A stretch of DNA of 64,000 nucleotides, taken from positions 1,056,001-1,120,000 of the forward strand of contig CAXXOA010000001.1 of NCBI GenBank assembly GCA_963666275.2, read 5' to 3'. The notes under the pieces are model-generated. The model was given only the letters and a program-made list of their open reading frames with translations. It did not search any database and was not told the DNA's origin. Origin of the DNA: Oceanispirochaeta sp. (GTDB lineage: Bacteria; Spirochaetota; Spirochaetia; DSM-2461). Shown one piece after another: positions 18,241 through 29,147 of the stretch (positions within the stretch are counted from its first letter, which is position 1; each line of letters begins with the position of its first letter). The position numbers and the translations under genes were made by a program.

Positions 18241-20280
18241 TCAGAATTCGTCAAACTCTTCCTCGTTGTCATTGGTCGGGGGAAGTGTTTCTATGATGGA
18301 CGTCTCAACCGCTTGGGTGTAGGCGGGAGCAGGGGCCTCTAAGCGTTCGGGCCGGGCTTTTTTATCACTCAGATACATGCCCATGTCCAGTTGGAAAAAA
18401 GAAACCTCGTTGTTAAGCAGCAGTGCCTGAGAGGCCAGTTCCTCCGAGGTGGAGGCAATCTGTTCCGAAGCGGAGGCATTGTGCTGGGTCACCGTATCCA
18501 GCTGCATCAGAGCCGTATTGATCTGGCTCATTCCCTGATTCTGCTCCTGGCTGGAGGCGCTGATCTCCTGAATCAGATCGGTGGTCTTCTGAAACTCCTC
18601 CAGAAGGCTGACAATCATTTCGCCGGCCTGTTCGGCGATATCCAGAGACCCGGTAGACAGCTCTGTGATGGTTTTGGCCGATCCCTGGCTTATCTCCGCC
18701 AGTTTGCGGATTTCCGCGGCCACCACGGCAAATCCCTTGCCCGCTTCGCCTGCCCGGGCGGCTTCAATGGCCGCATTCAGTGCCAGCATATTGGTCTGCC
18801 TGGCAATTTCACTGACCACACCGATTTTCGTGGCGATCTCTTTCATGGCGTCTACAGTCTGTTTGACCGCTTCGCCGCTCTTCTGGGCTTTGATCGATAC
18901 ATCGCTGGCAATATTTTTCGTTGTCAGGGCATTTTCCGAGTTCTGCTGTATGGTGGAAGACATCTGCTCCATAGAGGCGGAAACCTCTTCGGCGCTGCTG
19001 GCCTGTTCGGAGGCTCCCGACGAAAGGGTCTGGGCGCTGCTCGAGAGCTGCTGACTGCCTGTGGACACATTGGTGCTGCTGTCTTTCACTTTGGTAATCA
19101 CATCGCTGAGCTTGCTTGTCATCTCGTTGAGTACATTTGTCAGGTCTCCCATCTCATCCCGGCGGGTACTGCTGATCGAGAGGGTGAGGTTCCCTTTGCT
19201 GATCTCTTCTGCCAGATGGATATTCTCTCTAATGGAAGCCAGGAGAGACCGGGACAGAACAATCGCCAGAATGACAGAGACTGTCAGGAAGAGGAGAACC
19301 GAAATAATATAGATGGAGATCATCCTCTGGACAAGTTCCGCCATATCCGCACTCTCCTGTACAGCCAGTTCGTCCTGCATATCTCCCAGAAGGCTGATGG
19401 CTTCCCTGGTCCCTGTGAAATGGGTGAGGCTTTCCTCGTAGGTTGTTTCCCGTTCCTGAACTTCCTGAAAAACATCTATGGTTGTCTCAAGGACGGTCCG
19501 GCTCTGCCTGCTCCATTCATCAAAGAAAGGCAGGAACTCATCCACCAGGGTAAGGGCGGCGCCGCCGCTGATCCGGGCGGCTTCCTGAAACCTGTCAGTG
19601 GTCTGCTGTATGTTCTCAATACTCGAACTGTTCAGATTGTTCAGATCTTCCATCGTACTGGCTTCAAATGCCGACAGCTGAGCTACATAGGCCTGATAGG
19701 CGTCCCTGTCTCCGTTCAGTACCAGTGACAGGGCGTTTTCAAGGTCCCGTCTCCGGGCGGTCGAAAGGTTACCATTCAGCTGACCGTTTATTCTTTCTCC
19801 CAGACTGTCGATTCTGTTGCGCATTTCATCAAACGCGGCATTCGCTTCGTTCGAAGCGATCCTGGCAGACTCGAGCTTTTCATTGATCACCAGTGAGGAC
19901 TCAATCACAAATCGTGTGTCTTCCTCCCAGTTGGAGTACTGGGATTTGAAATCTTCATAATAGGGACGCATCTGGTCGGTAAAGATCCCGCTGGCCTGCT
20001 CTATCCTGTCGAATGTCTGGGCCAGGTTTTCCGCATTTTCCGCATCGAAGCCCTTCTGCTCTTCAATGTCCGTACTCCTCATGGCATTGATCTGCGCCAC
20101 CTGGGCCTGGTAAGCGTCCCGGTCGGCATTGAGGATGGAGGCTCTGGTATTCTGAAGATCCATTACGTAATCCAGACTACTCCTCAGAGTCGTGAATCCG
20201 TAAACTCCCAGGAGGAGTATGAGAATGATGCCCAGTAAGGGGATTCCTGCAATAAGTATGAATTGATATTTTAATTTCAT
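18241..20280 (-). CDS. Methyl-accepting chemotaxis protein
   Basis: Two TM helices, duplicated helical sensor ([10 protein letters not shown] / [10 protein letters not shown]), [34 protein letters not shown]. Confidence 0.95.
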   Translation of the reverse strand: MKLKYQFILIAGIPLLGIILILLLGVYGFTTLRSSLDYVMDLQNTRASILNADRDAYQAQVAQINAMRSTDIEEQKGFDAENAENLAQTFDRIEQASGIFTDQMRPYYEDFKSQYSNWEEDTRFVIESSLVINEKLESARIASNEANAAFDEMRNRIDSLGERINGQLNGNLSTARRRDLENALSLVLNGDRDAYQAYVAQLSAFEASTMEDLNNLNSSSIENIQQTTDRFQEAARISGGAALTLVDEFLPFFDEWSRQSRTVLETTIDVFQEVQERETTYEESLTHFTGTREAISLLGDMQDELAVQESADMAELVQRMISIYIISVLLFLTVSVILAIVLSRSLLASIRENIHLAEEISKGNLTLSISSTRRDEMGDLTNVLNEMTSKLSDVITKVKDSSTNVSTGSQQLSSSAQTLSSGASEQASSAEEVSASMEQMSSTIQQNSENALTTKNIASDVSIKAQKSGEAVKQTVDAMKEIATKIGVVSEIARQTNMLALNAAIEAARAGEAGKGFAVVAAEIRKLAEISQGSAKTITELSTGSLDIAEQAGEMIVSLLEEFQKTTDLIQEISASSQEQNQGMSQINTALMQLDTVTQHNASASEQIASTSEELASQALLLNNEVSFFQLDMGMYLSDKKARPERLEAPAPAYTQAVETSIIETLPPTNDNEEEFDEF

Positions 20281-20360
20281 TATTAACCCTCTTTAAACGA
20301 ATTGTCTTACCTAAAAGATAAGGCAGTCAAAGAAGGGAATTCCATGATTTCATTCAATCT

Positions 20361-21455
20361 TCATAGAGAACACATGAGTACTATAAATCGGGAGCCTTCT
20401 GCCTTTTTTTCCACACATTTAAAGTGCTTTTTCAGGGTATTCGTATACCCCAGATGCTTATTGGCAACCAGAATCAGCCGTCCCCCCGGCTTCAGAACCC
20501 GGGCGGATTCCCGTATAAACTGAAGGCCCCGCTCCACCGAAACCCGGTTCTGATGATGAAAGGGAGGGTTGCAGATCACAAGGTCCATGGACGCGGATTC
20601 CACAGCTTCCAGAATATTCGTGTGTACCGCCCGGATCCTGCCGGCAAACCCGTTCTTTTCCGCCGAGAGTCTGGTGCTCTCCACGGCGTTCAGTGAATCA
20701 TCGGTGGCTGTAATTTGGGCTTCCGGCCAGCGGGCCGCCGCAGCCAGAGAGAGTATACCCGAACCGCAGCCGGGATCGGCCGCCCTTTCGGGAGCGGGGA
20801 TTTCAGGAAAGTAGTCCAGCAGGAATCTGGTTCCGGGATCAAGCTTTCCAAAGGAGAACACTCCCGGCAGAGTTACCAGGGTAAAATCCTTCCACTGGTA
20901 GGTCTGCAGCGGCAGTTCCTGCTCTTCTTTTCGCGTGATGCCGAAGTAGTAGCGGCTTTTTTTCCAGATCCGCGAATACGAGGGATCCTCTGTCTGCTCT
21001 TCGAAGGACTGATAGAACGAGGGCGGCAGGAGTGCGGACCGGGAGACGCCTATCAGAGGGGTACCTTCAGGGACCCTGGCAGAGATTTTTTTCAGGAGAC
21101 TTATGAAATACTCGATAGACCGGGGAATCTTCAGGAGCACCAGGTCCGTCTCCAGAGGCCGGGAATCCAGAGAGTCAGTCAGTGCGGGAACGTCCTGTCC
21201 GTTACGGATTCTGTTCTCCCTGATATTCCTGCCGTGGGTAAACGAATCGGTCCAGCAGGCGGTGACTTTCTCTTCCAGGCCGCAGGCCAGGGCGCCGAAG
21301 GTTTCATTCACAATGAGGATTTTCCGTTTATTGTTCAGTATTTCATCCAGAGTCAGCAGGTATTCGTCTCCGCTGTCCCAGGGGCGCAGAGAGCGGTCCT
21401 CTGTCTCGATGGCCAGAGTTCTGTCTCCCAGGGGGGATTCCCATGTGTAAATCAT
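20361..21455 (-). CDS. RlmG/RsmC-family rRNA (guanine-N2) methyltransferase
   Basis: PWDSGDEYLL, PGVFS..LDPGTRFLL, DPGCGSG, CNPPFH. Confidence 0.8.
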   Translation of the reverse strand: MIYTWESPLGDRTLAIETEDRSLRPWDSGDEYLLTLDEILNNKRKILIVNETFGALACGLEEKVTACWTDSFTHGRNIRENRIRNGQDVPALTDSLDSRPLETDLVLLKIPRSIEYFISLLKKISARVPEGTPLIGVSRSALLPPSFYQSFEEQTEDPSYSRIWKKSRYYFGITRKEEQELPLQTYQWKDFTLVTLPGVFSFGKLDPGTRFLLDYFPEIPAPERAADPGCGSGILSLAAAARWPEAQITATDDSLNAVESTRLSAEKNGFAGRIRAVHTNILEAVESASMDLVICNPPFHHQNRVSVERGLQFIRESARVLKPGGRLILVANKHLGYTNTLKKHFKCVEKKAEGSRFIVLMCSL

Positions 21456-21539
21456 ATCCCAATTATAGAGGGGAAAACCCGCCGTGCCTATCTATGGTAT
21501 AAAAGGGCATTTATGGTATGATCACTTCCGGATGGCCCT

Positions 21540-23069
21540 ATGTATGATCTGAAAATTCCACTGGACAATGTCTCTCTCCGTGCGTTCCTCTATCTGATTG
21601 ATCTGCGGAATCTGAAAAAAGAACTGAGCAACACCACTATCTGCGATTATATCCTTGAAACCTTCAACGATGTGTTTACAAAACGATACAAGGATATGAA
21701 GTCCTTCCGTTCGGGCTACGCGGGAAATCTTGCCCTGATTTTCGACTCGGACGAAGCCCTGTCGGGAAATCTGAACCGTTACTCCAAAGTGCTGGATCCT
21801 CTTCTGAAAAAAACAGTGGAGAACCTCAGAACCGTCCGGATCCGCTTTGACGGAGAGTTCTGTTTTATCGAACGGATTCCCACGGAAGAGGACTTTCAGC
21901 TGCTCTGTGTCTTCTTCAATCTCAAACCCATCAATGCGGCGATCAACCGGAAGGTGAATCTGAAAAACCCCGAGAAGGGGTGGCTCTCTCTGCTGTGCCG
22001 CCGTTTCGGCCTGATTCTGGAGGACCTCCCCGCCCATCCGGCTCTTGAAACCGGCCGCGGCCAGGCCGGAACAGCGGCTATCCTGAACCGTTATACCCTC
22101 TACAACAGAGGGAATGTCTGGTTTGATCTGCTCAAGCCGCACTACTACAACTTTAAAAATCTCCGGTATAAACTCTATCTGAGAAGCCTACTGATTGAGC
22201 AGGACAACCTTTTCTACTGCATCCTCCGCAACAGGGAGTTCGATTTTGACTACCAGAAGATCTTCGACAGCTGCATCACCCTCGAAGAGGGGACTCCTGT
22301 TCTCAATTCCAAGGCTCTGGGAGAGCTCCTGGAGCTGGAGGATCTGATTCTGATTTCCAAAGACAGACTGAAAAAGGCCATACTCGACTGTGTGGAAATC
22401 CCCAGGAACTATCAGTTCATGTTTACCCTGCTGGACGACTTTCTTGTTTTTCAGGACGGCACCATGGTGGATATCTCCTCTCTGACTGTCAGGGAGGCCG
22501 GGGAGTTCCTCCGCATGGCAAATTTCAACCCCAATATTACCATCGACAGCCGGGAGGAACAGAGGATCCGGGAGGAACTCTCCCGGGAGACCAGGGGAAC
22601 TGTGGATTTCACCCTGAGGCGGATCTCCCGGAGCGGGGAAGAGAGCCATACTGTGATGAAATTCATCGAAAAGAGCAATAAGGGGCTCCTGAAAATCCGG
22701 GATTACAGCCGCTCCTCCCAGGGGTTTATTGAGTACGGCGAAGAGAAAACCTGTCTGATTGTCTTCAACGGGACCCGGTATCCCGATTTTCTCTGTATTT
22801 TTCTGGAAGATGCGGAAAAGGTAGAAAAAAAAGGGAACAGGAGTTATTTTGATTACTCATCCTATGTCCTCAGTGAGAGCAGCCGATTCAGACATCTCTT
22901 TTTCCAGGTGGAAGCGGAATACAATCAGTCCTCTTTCAAATCTCATGACACCTCGGCGGAGAGTCTGAAAAAGTGCAAGTATATTTTCTGTGAGAACAAA
23001 ACCTCCGACCTGTATCAGTCTCGTTTTAAGGTTTCGATTCCGGTCATCGGTATAAGGGAGATTAAATGA
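21540..23069 (+). CDS. Hypothetical protein (509 aa)
   Basis: Long ORF with host-like codon usage; ATGA overlap with the downstream methyltransferase; no motif recognised. Confidence 0.8.
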   Translation: MYDLKIPLDNVSLRAFLYLIDLRNLKKELSNTTICDYILETFNDVFTKRYKDMKSFRSGYAGNLALIFDSDEALSGNLNRYSKVLDPLLKKTVENLRTVRIRFDGEFCFIERIPTEEDFQLLCVFFNLKPINAAINRKVNLKNPEKGWLSLLCRRFGLILEDLPAHPALETGRGQAGTAAILNRYTLYNRGNVWFDLLKPHYYNFKNLRYKLYLRSLLIEQDNLFYCILRNREFDFDYQKIFDSCITLEEGTPVLNSKALGELLELEDLILISKDRLKKAILDCVEIPRNYQFMFTLLDDFLVFQDGTMVDISSLTVREAGEFLRMANFNPNITIDSREEQRIREELSRETRGTVDFTLRRISRSGEESHTVMKFIEKSNKGLLKIRDYSRSSQGFIEYGEEKTCLIVFNGTRYPDFLCIFLEDAEKVEKKGNRSYFDYSSYVLSESSRFRHLFFQVEAEYNQSSFKSHDTSAESLKKCKYIFCENKTSDLYQSRFKVSIPVIGIREIK

Positions 23070-24742
23070 ACCTGGACCATCCCTATCTGATTCGTCAGAT
23101 CATTGCCTACATAGGAAATAAAAGGAAACTCCTGGGACTGATTGAAAAATCCGTGGACTCCCTGGGACTCTCGGGAAAACAGGGTCTGAAGTTTTTTGAT
23201 GTGTTTGCCGGAAGCGGTGTGGTTTCCCGTCTGGCTAAATTTCTGAACTTCGAGGTCTACACCAACGACTGGGAGTACTACTCCTATGTGCTCAGCCGGG
23301 GATTCATTCTGAATAACAGAAGGGACCTGGAAGATCTTTTCGGGAGTCTGGAAGCCTTTCAGGAGGAGCTGGATTTTCTGAACAATCTGCCCTCTCCGCC
23401 TCCGGAGGAACAGTACATCGCCCGGTATTACGCCCCGTCCTCTTTTGAACTGCAGGATGTGGACTATAAAACCCAGAGACTTTTCTATACCCGGGACAAT
23501 GCCCTTATCATCGATAAAATCCGGAACGCCGTGGACCGGCGCTATCCTGCGGATTCCGGGGATACCCGGACAGGGCTGAAACGGGACCTTCTTATCAGTA
23601 TGCTGATCTATGAAGCGGCTACCCATACCAATACTTCCGGTGTTTTCAAGGCCTTTCACAAGGGCTTCGGAGGCCACAGCAGGGACGCCCTGACAAGGAT
23701 CCTGGCGCCCATCAGACTCAGAATGCCCGAGCTTATCGATTCGGACTATCCCGTTCATGTCTACAGGGAGGATGCGAACCATCTTGTCAGAAATATAGGT
23801 CCGGTGGATATTGCCTATCTGGATCCTCCCTACAATCAGCATCAGTACGGCAGCAATTACCATATGCTCAATACCATAGCCCGTTGGGACAAGATCGCCG
23901 CTCCTCTGGATCTGAACGAGAAGGGGGAACTCAAAGAGAAGGCGGCCATTCGGAAAGACTGGAGAGAAACAAAATCCGATTACTGCTACAGGGACTCGGC
24001 GGCATCGGCTTTTGCAGACCTGCTTGAAAACCTGGACGCACGGTATATCCTTATCAGCTACAGTACCGACGGCATTATCCCCTTTGAGCAGATGAAAGAG
24101 ATCTGCCGGCGGAAAGGCCGTTTGAGCATCGTCACCAATGAGTATACCAAGTACCGCGGGGGAAAACAGAGCAACTCCAGGGTCAATACGAATATTGAAT
24201 TCATACTCAGCATCGATACGCAGAAAGAAACAACCGCCGCTTCCATCCGTAAGGTCGACAGGGTCATCAGCCTCAACCGGCTGAGGCTCCTTTTCAAAAA
24301 TAACTTTTCCGGGAGCAAGCTCAGAGAGCAGGCCCATTCCATCGAAGGGGATCAGGTCGTTTTCAAGGTGGTAGACAGGCTTGTTCCCATCCCGTCCCGG
24401 TACCTTTTTGAACTGCAGCCGCCGGAAATCCTGGAAGAACTGGGTCTGGATGAGGTGGATCTTCTCTATAACAAGCTCCACAGGTCCATGTGCCTTACCA
24501 AAGAGGAGGAGCTGGATGAGATCCTGGGCAGGATCGACGGTGATACGGACAGGAACCTTTTCTTTATCCGGCTGATCCCGGACCGGCTGAAAAAGCTGGC
24601 CCATAAGAAAAACCGCAGCCGCTTCTATCACTACCTTGAACGAATCAGAGCCATAGAGGCCCGGCATAAAGAGCTTTACTCTATAATCAAAAAGAGAATA
24701 GACACCATTGAGCAGCTGGCCGAAAAAAGGTTTAATAATTGA
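23066..24742 (+). CDS. DNA adenine methyltransferase (D12/FokI-like) with C-terminal extension
   Basis: YIGNKRKLL, DVFAGSG (motif I), YLDPPYNQHQYGSNYH (motif IV). Confidence 0.88.
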   Translation: MNLDHPYLIRQIIAYIGNKRKLLGLIEKSVDSLGLSGKQGLKFFDVFAGSGVVSRLAKFLNFEVYTNDWEYYSYVLSRGFILNNRRDLEDLFGSLEAFQEELDFLNNLPSPPPEEQYIARYYAPSSFELQDVDYKTQRLFYTRDNALIIDKIRNAVDRRYPADSGDTRTGLKRDLLISMLIYEAATHTNTSGVFKAFHKGFGGHSRDALTRILAPIRLRMPELIDSDYPVHVYREDANHLVRNIGPVDIAYLDPPYNQHQYGSNYHMLNTIARWDKIAAPLDLNEKGELKEKAAIRKDWRETKSDYCYRDSAASAFADLLENLDARYILISYSTDGIIPFEQMKEICRRKGRLSIVTNEYTKYRGGKQSNSRVNTNIEFILSIDTQKETTAASIRKVDRVISLNRLRLLFKNNFSGSKLREQAHSIEGDQVVFKVVDRLVPIPSRYLFELQPPEILEELGLDEVDLLYNKLHRSMCLTKEEELDEILGRIDGDTDRNLFFIRLIPDRLKKLAHKKNRSRFYHYLERIRAIEARHKELYSIIKKRIDTIEQLAEKRFNN

Positions 24743-24932
24743 GACCTGATATTATTGGGAATTGCGAAGCAATGGGCCCCAATATATATTCAGAGCTCCG
24801 GGAGCGTGTAAGACCTGATATTATTGGGAATTGCGGAGCAATGGTCCCCAATATATATTCAGAGCTCCGGGAGCGTGTAAGACCTGATATTATTGGGAAT
24901 TGCAAAGCAATGGTCCCCAATATATATTCAGA
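24742..24932. repeat. 69-bp tandem palindromic repeat, about 2.8 copies (REP/BIME-like)
   Basis: Units start at 24742, 24811 and 24880. Each folds as ctga..tattggg.attgc-NNA-gcaat..cccaata..tcag. Confidence 0.9.
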
Positions 24933-24958
24933 AGAAGCAGCATTTTATGATTTAAGGA

Positions 24959-25807
24959 GTGTTCATGTATTTACCCTCTGTTCCGGTATTTAAAGTAACA
25001 GAAAATTTCTCTTTTATTATACAGGACGGATGGGACCGCATCCGGAAACACAGCGGTTTTCTGGCAATGGTCTGGGCTATCTTCAATATACCTACAAACC
25101 TGTTCCTCTATTTCAGGCTGGAACCCTATATGAACCGGGTGGATATCGCCGCAGGCGGGCAGGGCGTCTTCTTTGCCATGATCCTTCTGAAAATCCTGGG
25201 GTACATACCCATGATCGCCATGGCTGTGCTCATAAGGAATGACAGAAACGGAGAGGAGCTGGAAGACTACAACGAACTTCTCTTGGATTCGGTAAAGAGG
25301 ATTCCTCTTTTTGTAACAACCTCCCTGACCATGATGATCAGCATGTTTTTCCCGGCGGTGATCCTGATGATCCCTGTCTCTCTTCTTTCCATTCCCCTGG
25401 CATCCATGGGCATAGGCGAGCAGTCCCTTATGATTCTGTACGTGGCCTATTTTACTGTGGTGCTCTCTTTCCTGACACTCCGGTACTATCCGGCCGGTCT
25501 GTTTTATCTGATGCTGGACATCAGTAACTTCAGAGCCGTGGCCTATAGTGTGTCCCTGTTCAAAAGGAACAGAAAAACACTTTTTCAGGTTCTGGGTCTC
25601 TGTTTTCTACTGCCTATGCTCCTCAACTACGGGGCTGTGTTTCTGATGGAAAACAGTTTCAGGTATATGATTGTCAGTCTGTTTCTGGAAGGGGCCATTT
25701 TTATAGGAACGGGAATCCTCGCCAATCTTTTCCGGTACATAGAGTTAGAAAAATCTCCGGAAAACGGGGGAAATAATATACAAGTTGATATGGATAAAGA
25801 GGGCTGA
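24959..25807 (+). CDS. Integral membrane hypothetical protein
   Basis: About six hydrophobic helices. Start may be the ATG at 24965. Confidence 0.75.
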   Translation: MFMYLPSVPVFKVTENFSFIIQDGWDRIRKHSGFLAMVWAIFNIPTNLFLYFRLEPYMNRVDIAAGGQGVFFAMILLKILGYIPMIAMAVLIRNDRNGEELEDYNELLLDSVKRIPLFVTTSLTMMISMFFPAVILMIPVSLLSIPLASMGIGEQSLMILYVAYFTVVLSFLTLRYYPAGLFYLMLDISNFRAVAYSVSLFKRNRKTLFQVLGLCFLLPMLLNYGAVFLMENSFRYMIVSLFLEGAIFIGTGILANLFRYIELEKSPENGGNNIQVDMDKEG

Positions 25808-25836
25808 GAGAAGTATACTTCAGCATAGGCGCAAAA

Positions 25837-26844
25837 ATGGTTGTTAAAAAGAAAGAGAAGTGGGTTCCTGTAAGGAAATCCAACCTGAAATACTACGATG
25901 ACCTGGATCTGTATTATAAGAACAAGACTTCGGGAAATGTCCTTCTATACAAATCTTCGGGAATGAAAATCTCAGATGAAAGGTTGAAAGACAAACCTTA
26001 TTCGGGAGATCTCTATATCCGTCCGGAAGACAAAAACAAATGTTTGAGAGCCGCTCAGAGAGGTTTCGGCCTGGATCTGACCCATAAAATCATGAAAGAA
26101 GGGGTTTCAAAAGTCAAAGAGGGGCTTATCAGTCTCGTTGATGAAACCCTCAATGAACCCCGGTCCGGGGGTCTTGAAGTTATCCCGGACACCATGGAAT
26201 CCATTGTTGACGGCTATTCCCGGCAGCCCGAGATTATCAAGAATCTGGCAAGAATCTCCCACAGCGATTACTCCACAACCATCCACTCCATCAATGTGAT
26301 GGCCCTGACCATCGGCTACTGTTTCTATACCGAAAGAAGCTTTTCCCAGACCGTAGACTACGGACTGGCTGCCCTGTTCCATGACATAGGAAAGACGGAA
26401 ATTCCCATAGAAATCCTGGCATCCCCCAAAAAACTGACCGAGATGGAATTCATGACAATGAAAAACCATACCGTGCTGGGAGGGGAAATCCTACAGTCCA
26501 ACGGACCCTCTGTTCATACAGCTATTCCCGGCGCCATGGAACATCATGAAAAGCTGGACGGCAGCGGTTACCCGGCGGGACGGAATTCCATCTCGGAAAT
26601 CGGACAGATCCTTGGGATTATCGACTCTTATGAAGCCATTACCAATGACGAGAGGCTCTACCGTATGGCCATGGATCCCCTGGATGCTCTGGCTATGCTG
26701 AAAGACGAAGTCGACCGGAGAAGGCTGGATCAGAAGATCTTTGTGGATTTTGCCTACAGCCTTACGGATTTTTCAAAAAACAGCCACAAAAGCAAACATA
26801 AAAAAATCTTTCAGGGATGGAATCTGACAGAAGTCCCCGGTTAA
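25837..26844 (+). CDS. HD-GYP domain phosphodiesterase
   Basis: HSINV, FHDIGK, HHEKLDGSGYP. Confidence 0.9.
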   Translation: MVVKKKEKWVPVRKSNLKYYDDLDLYYKNKTSGNVLLYKSSGMKISDERLKDKPYSGDLYIRPEDKNKCLRAAQRGFGLDLTHKIMKEGVSKVKEGLISLVDETLNEPRSGGLEVIPDTMESIVDGYSRQPEIIKNLARISHSDYSTTIHSINVMALTIGYCFYTERSFSQTVDYGLAALFHDIGKTEIPIEILASPKKLTEMEFMTMKNHTVLGGEILQSNGPSVHTAIPGAMEHHEKLDGSGYPAGRNSISEIGQILGIIDSYEAITNDERLYRMAMDPLDALAMLKDEVDRRRLDQKIFVDFAYSLTDFSKNSHKSKHKKIFQGWNLTEVPG

Positions 26845-26903
26845 GACCCCTCTGCATTCCGGGATTTCTGAAGAATTCTTGAAAATCTTTCCTGAATATT
26901 GAA

Positions 26904-26932
26904 TTGTCATGTATTTTTTATGGGTATATACT
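26904..26932 (+). promoter_or_regulatory. Sigma70-type promoter of the methyltransferase-hydrolase pair
   Basis: TTGTCA-17 bp-TATACT. Confidence 0.65.
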
Positions 26933-27014
26933 TGTATAACCTGTTCGGGCTTTCAGACTATCAGACCAAGGTCGGCAGCAGGTTAAAAAACTAACAGAAC
27001 ATGAGGACTTGCAT

Positions 27015-27752
27015 ATGGTGGATGAGTATTTTCTATTCCTTCACAGGGACCTGCCGAGACAGGGGCCTGGTTCTTCCCGTTCCACCAGAATGCCTATGGA
27101 TCTGCTTCCCCCCCGGGAGTATTCCCATATCCTGGACATCGGATGCGGACCGGGAATGCAGACCATCGATCTGGCTCAAAGATATCCCATGAGCCGTGTG
27201 ACGGCTCTGGACAAGTACAATGTCTTTCTCAGTCAGCTTGAAGACAGCTGTATTGAAAAAAATATCAATAACATCGTGACCACCCGGGGCGATATGATGG
27301 AACTGCCTTTCAAACCCGATTCTTTTGATCTGATCTGGTCCGAAGGGGCTGTTTATATCATCGGTTTTGAAGAGGGGCTGAAAGAGTGGCGGAGATTCCT
27401 TAAAAAGGACGGCTGCCTGGTCGTATCCGAACTCTCCTGGCTAACAGGCTCCCGCCCTCCGCTGATCCAGGCCTACTGGGACGATACCTATCCGGATATG
27501 CTGGATATCTACGAGAATATCCGGATCATCGAACAGACAGGATACAATCTGAAGGGGCTCTATATCCTTCCTTCCGAGGACTGGTTCACCCACTACTATG
27601 ATCCTCTTCTGAAGAACCTGAAAAAGGAGCAGGGACGGCCTCTGACTGAAGATCAGATGACCTGCCTTGAACTGGAATTCCTGGAGATTCAGATGCATCA
27701 GAAGTACTCCCGTTACTACGGCTATGTTTTCTATGTAATGGAGAAAGCCTGA
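27015..27752 (+). CDS. Class I SAM-dependent methyltransferase
   Basis: LPRQGPG, LDIGCGPG, FDLIWSEGA. Confidence 0.9.
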   Translation: MVDEYFLFLHRDLPRQGPGSSRSTRMPMDLLPPREYSHILDIGCGPGMQTIDLAQRYPMSRVTALDKYNVFLSQLEDSCIEKNINNIVTTRGDMMELPFKPDSFDLIWSEGAVYIIGFEEGLKEWRRFLKKDGCLVVSELSWLTGSRPPLIQAYWDDTYPDMLDIYENIRIIEQTGYNLKGLYILPSEDWFTHYYDPLLKNLKKEQGRPLTEDQMTCLELEFLEIQMHQKYSRYYGYVFYVMEKA

Positions 27753-27768
27753 TACCGGGGATGTTTGT

Positions 27769-28581
27769 ATGACCTATTCTTCTGACCGGGGAAATCTTCA
27801 CTATACAATCGCAGGAACCGGGCGGCTTTTTCTGATGGTCCATGGATTTGCGGTGGATCATACCATGATGGAAGCCGTGCTGGAGCCGTTCTTTGAAAAA
27901 AGCGGCGGATCCTGCAAAAGGGTTTACATCGATCTGCCCGCTATGGGGATGAGCGATCCCCCCGGTGACAGGGACTATGCCGACCGGACCTGCCGGATCC
28001 TGGCCCGCTTTATGGATGAGGTTTTTCCGGGCGAACAATACGGGATTATCGCCCACTCCTATGGGGCCTATCTGACACGCCGGCTTTTATATGAACAACC
28101 CGAAAAAATAACAGGCGCCTTTTTCATAGCCCCTGTGGTGTTTCCCATGAAAGAGGACAGAACCATAGCAGAATTTGAAAAACTCTCCTCTCTTCCCCGT
28201 CTGGAAAAGGAAGATCCGAAGATCTACAAGGCTTACAGTGAAACCGCCGCTGTGGAGACCCTATGGGGATGGGAGTGCTACAGAGAAACCATCTATCCCG
28301 TATTGAAGAGACGGAACAGAGAAAATCTCCGGTTTTATCAGAACCAGGGGTACTCCTTTTCTCTGGATATAAACAGCTGTGATCATATCTATAACGGACC
28401 TGTGCTGTTTCTGATGGGCCGGCAGGATCAAGTCACAGGTTATGAGGACCCTCTCATCCTGAAAAAGGATTTTCCCCGGGGGGATTTTATCATTCTCGAC
28501 GGGGCAGGGCATTACCTCTTTTATGAGCAGTATCCTCTGTTCTGTAATCTTCTGGGCCATTGGCTGGACAGAATCAAATAA
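27769..28581 (+). CDS. Alpha/beta fold hydrolase
   Basis: HGF, AHSYG nucleophile elbow, GRQD, AGH. Confidence 0.88.
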   Translation: MTYSSDRGNLHYTIAGTGRLFLMVHGFAVDHTMMEAVLEPFFEKSGGSCKRVYIDLPAMGMSDPPGDRDYADRTCRILARFMDEVFPGEQYGIIAHSYGAYLTRRLLYEQPEKITGAFFIAPVVFPMKEDRTIAEFEKLSSLPRLEKEDPKIYKAYSETAAVETLWGWECYRETIYPVLKRRNRENLRFYQNQGYSFSLDINSCDHIYNGPVLFLMGRQDQVTGYEDPLILKKDFPRGDFIILDGAGHYLFYEQYPLFCNLLGHWLDRIK

Positions 28582-28582
28582 A

Positions 28583-28610
28583 AAGGGACCTGCCCGAGAG
28601 CAGATCCCTT
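28583..28610. terminator. Terminator hairpin between the hydrolase and convergent hsp20
   Basis: aagggacctgc...gcagatccctt with an A tract on the left (U tract on the minus strand). Confidence 0.55.
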
Positions 28611-28675
28611 CATTTATGGATTCTATATTGACAAAAAGGCCTTCCGGCCTTTTCGGGGAACCGGTTTAAAAAGGA

Positions 28676-29104
28676 TTAACCTTTTACCTTGATGCTCAGA
28701 GGGGCGGGTTTTGCCTTTTTCGGAAGAACCAGTGTGAGCAGTCCGTTTTTCATCTCCGCTTCAATGGCAGCCCTGTCAAAATCTTCAGGAAGGACGAAGC
28801 TCCTTTCAAAAGCGGCTTTTCTTTCCTCTTCTTTTCCCTCTTCATTGAGCTCCGCCTGGTGAAGCGCCCTGATTGTAAGGAGATTTTCCTTTACCTGGAT
28901 ATCCAGATCTTCCGAACCGAAGCCGGGAAGTTCCACTGTCATGGTAAGGCCGTTTTCAGCCTTTTCCACGTTGACTTTCGGTTTTCTCGGTTCTGCCGCT
29001 TCGGCTCTATAGGGTGTTTCAAAAAATGAGTGGAAAACTCTGTCCATCTGATCCCAGGGATTCACGGCCATTTCGGGTTTTCTTCTTACTACAATATTTG
29101 TCAT
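28676..29104 (-). CDS. Small heat-shock protein (Hsp20/alpha-crystallin)
   Basis: ELPGF, FERSFVLP, AEMKNGLLTLVLPK; GGAGG RBS. Confidence 0.92.
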   Translation of the reverse strand: MTNIVVRRKPEMAVNPWDQMDRVFHSFFETPYRAEAAEPRKPKVNVEKAENGLTMTVELPGFGSEDLDIQVKENLLTIRALHQAELNEEGKEEERKAAFERSFVLPEDFDRAAIEAEMKNGLLTLVLPKKAKPAPLSIKVKG

Positions 29105-29147
29105 ATCTGACCTCCAGATTTTTGTTTACAAGTTCTGCCTTCTATAA

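Noticed and set aside
24742..24932. CRISPR array
   Set aside because: The sequences between hairpins are identical rather than unique spacers, and no cas genes are present.
24732..24993. Short repetitive ORFs on both strands
   Set aside because: By-products of a 69-bp (multiple of 3) repeat; no RBS or motif.
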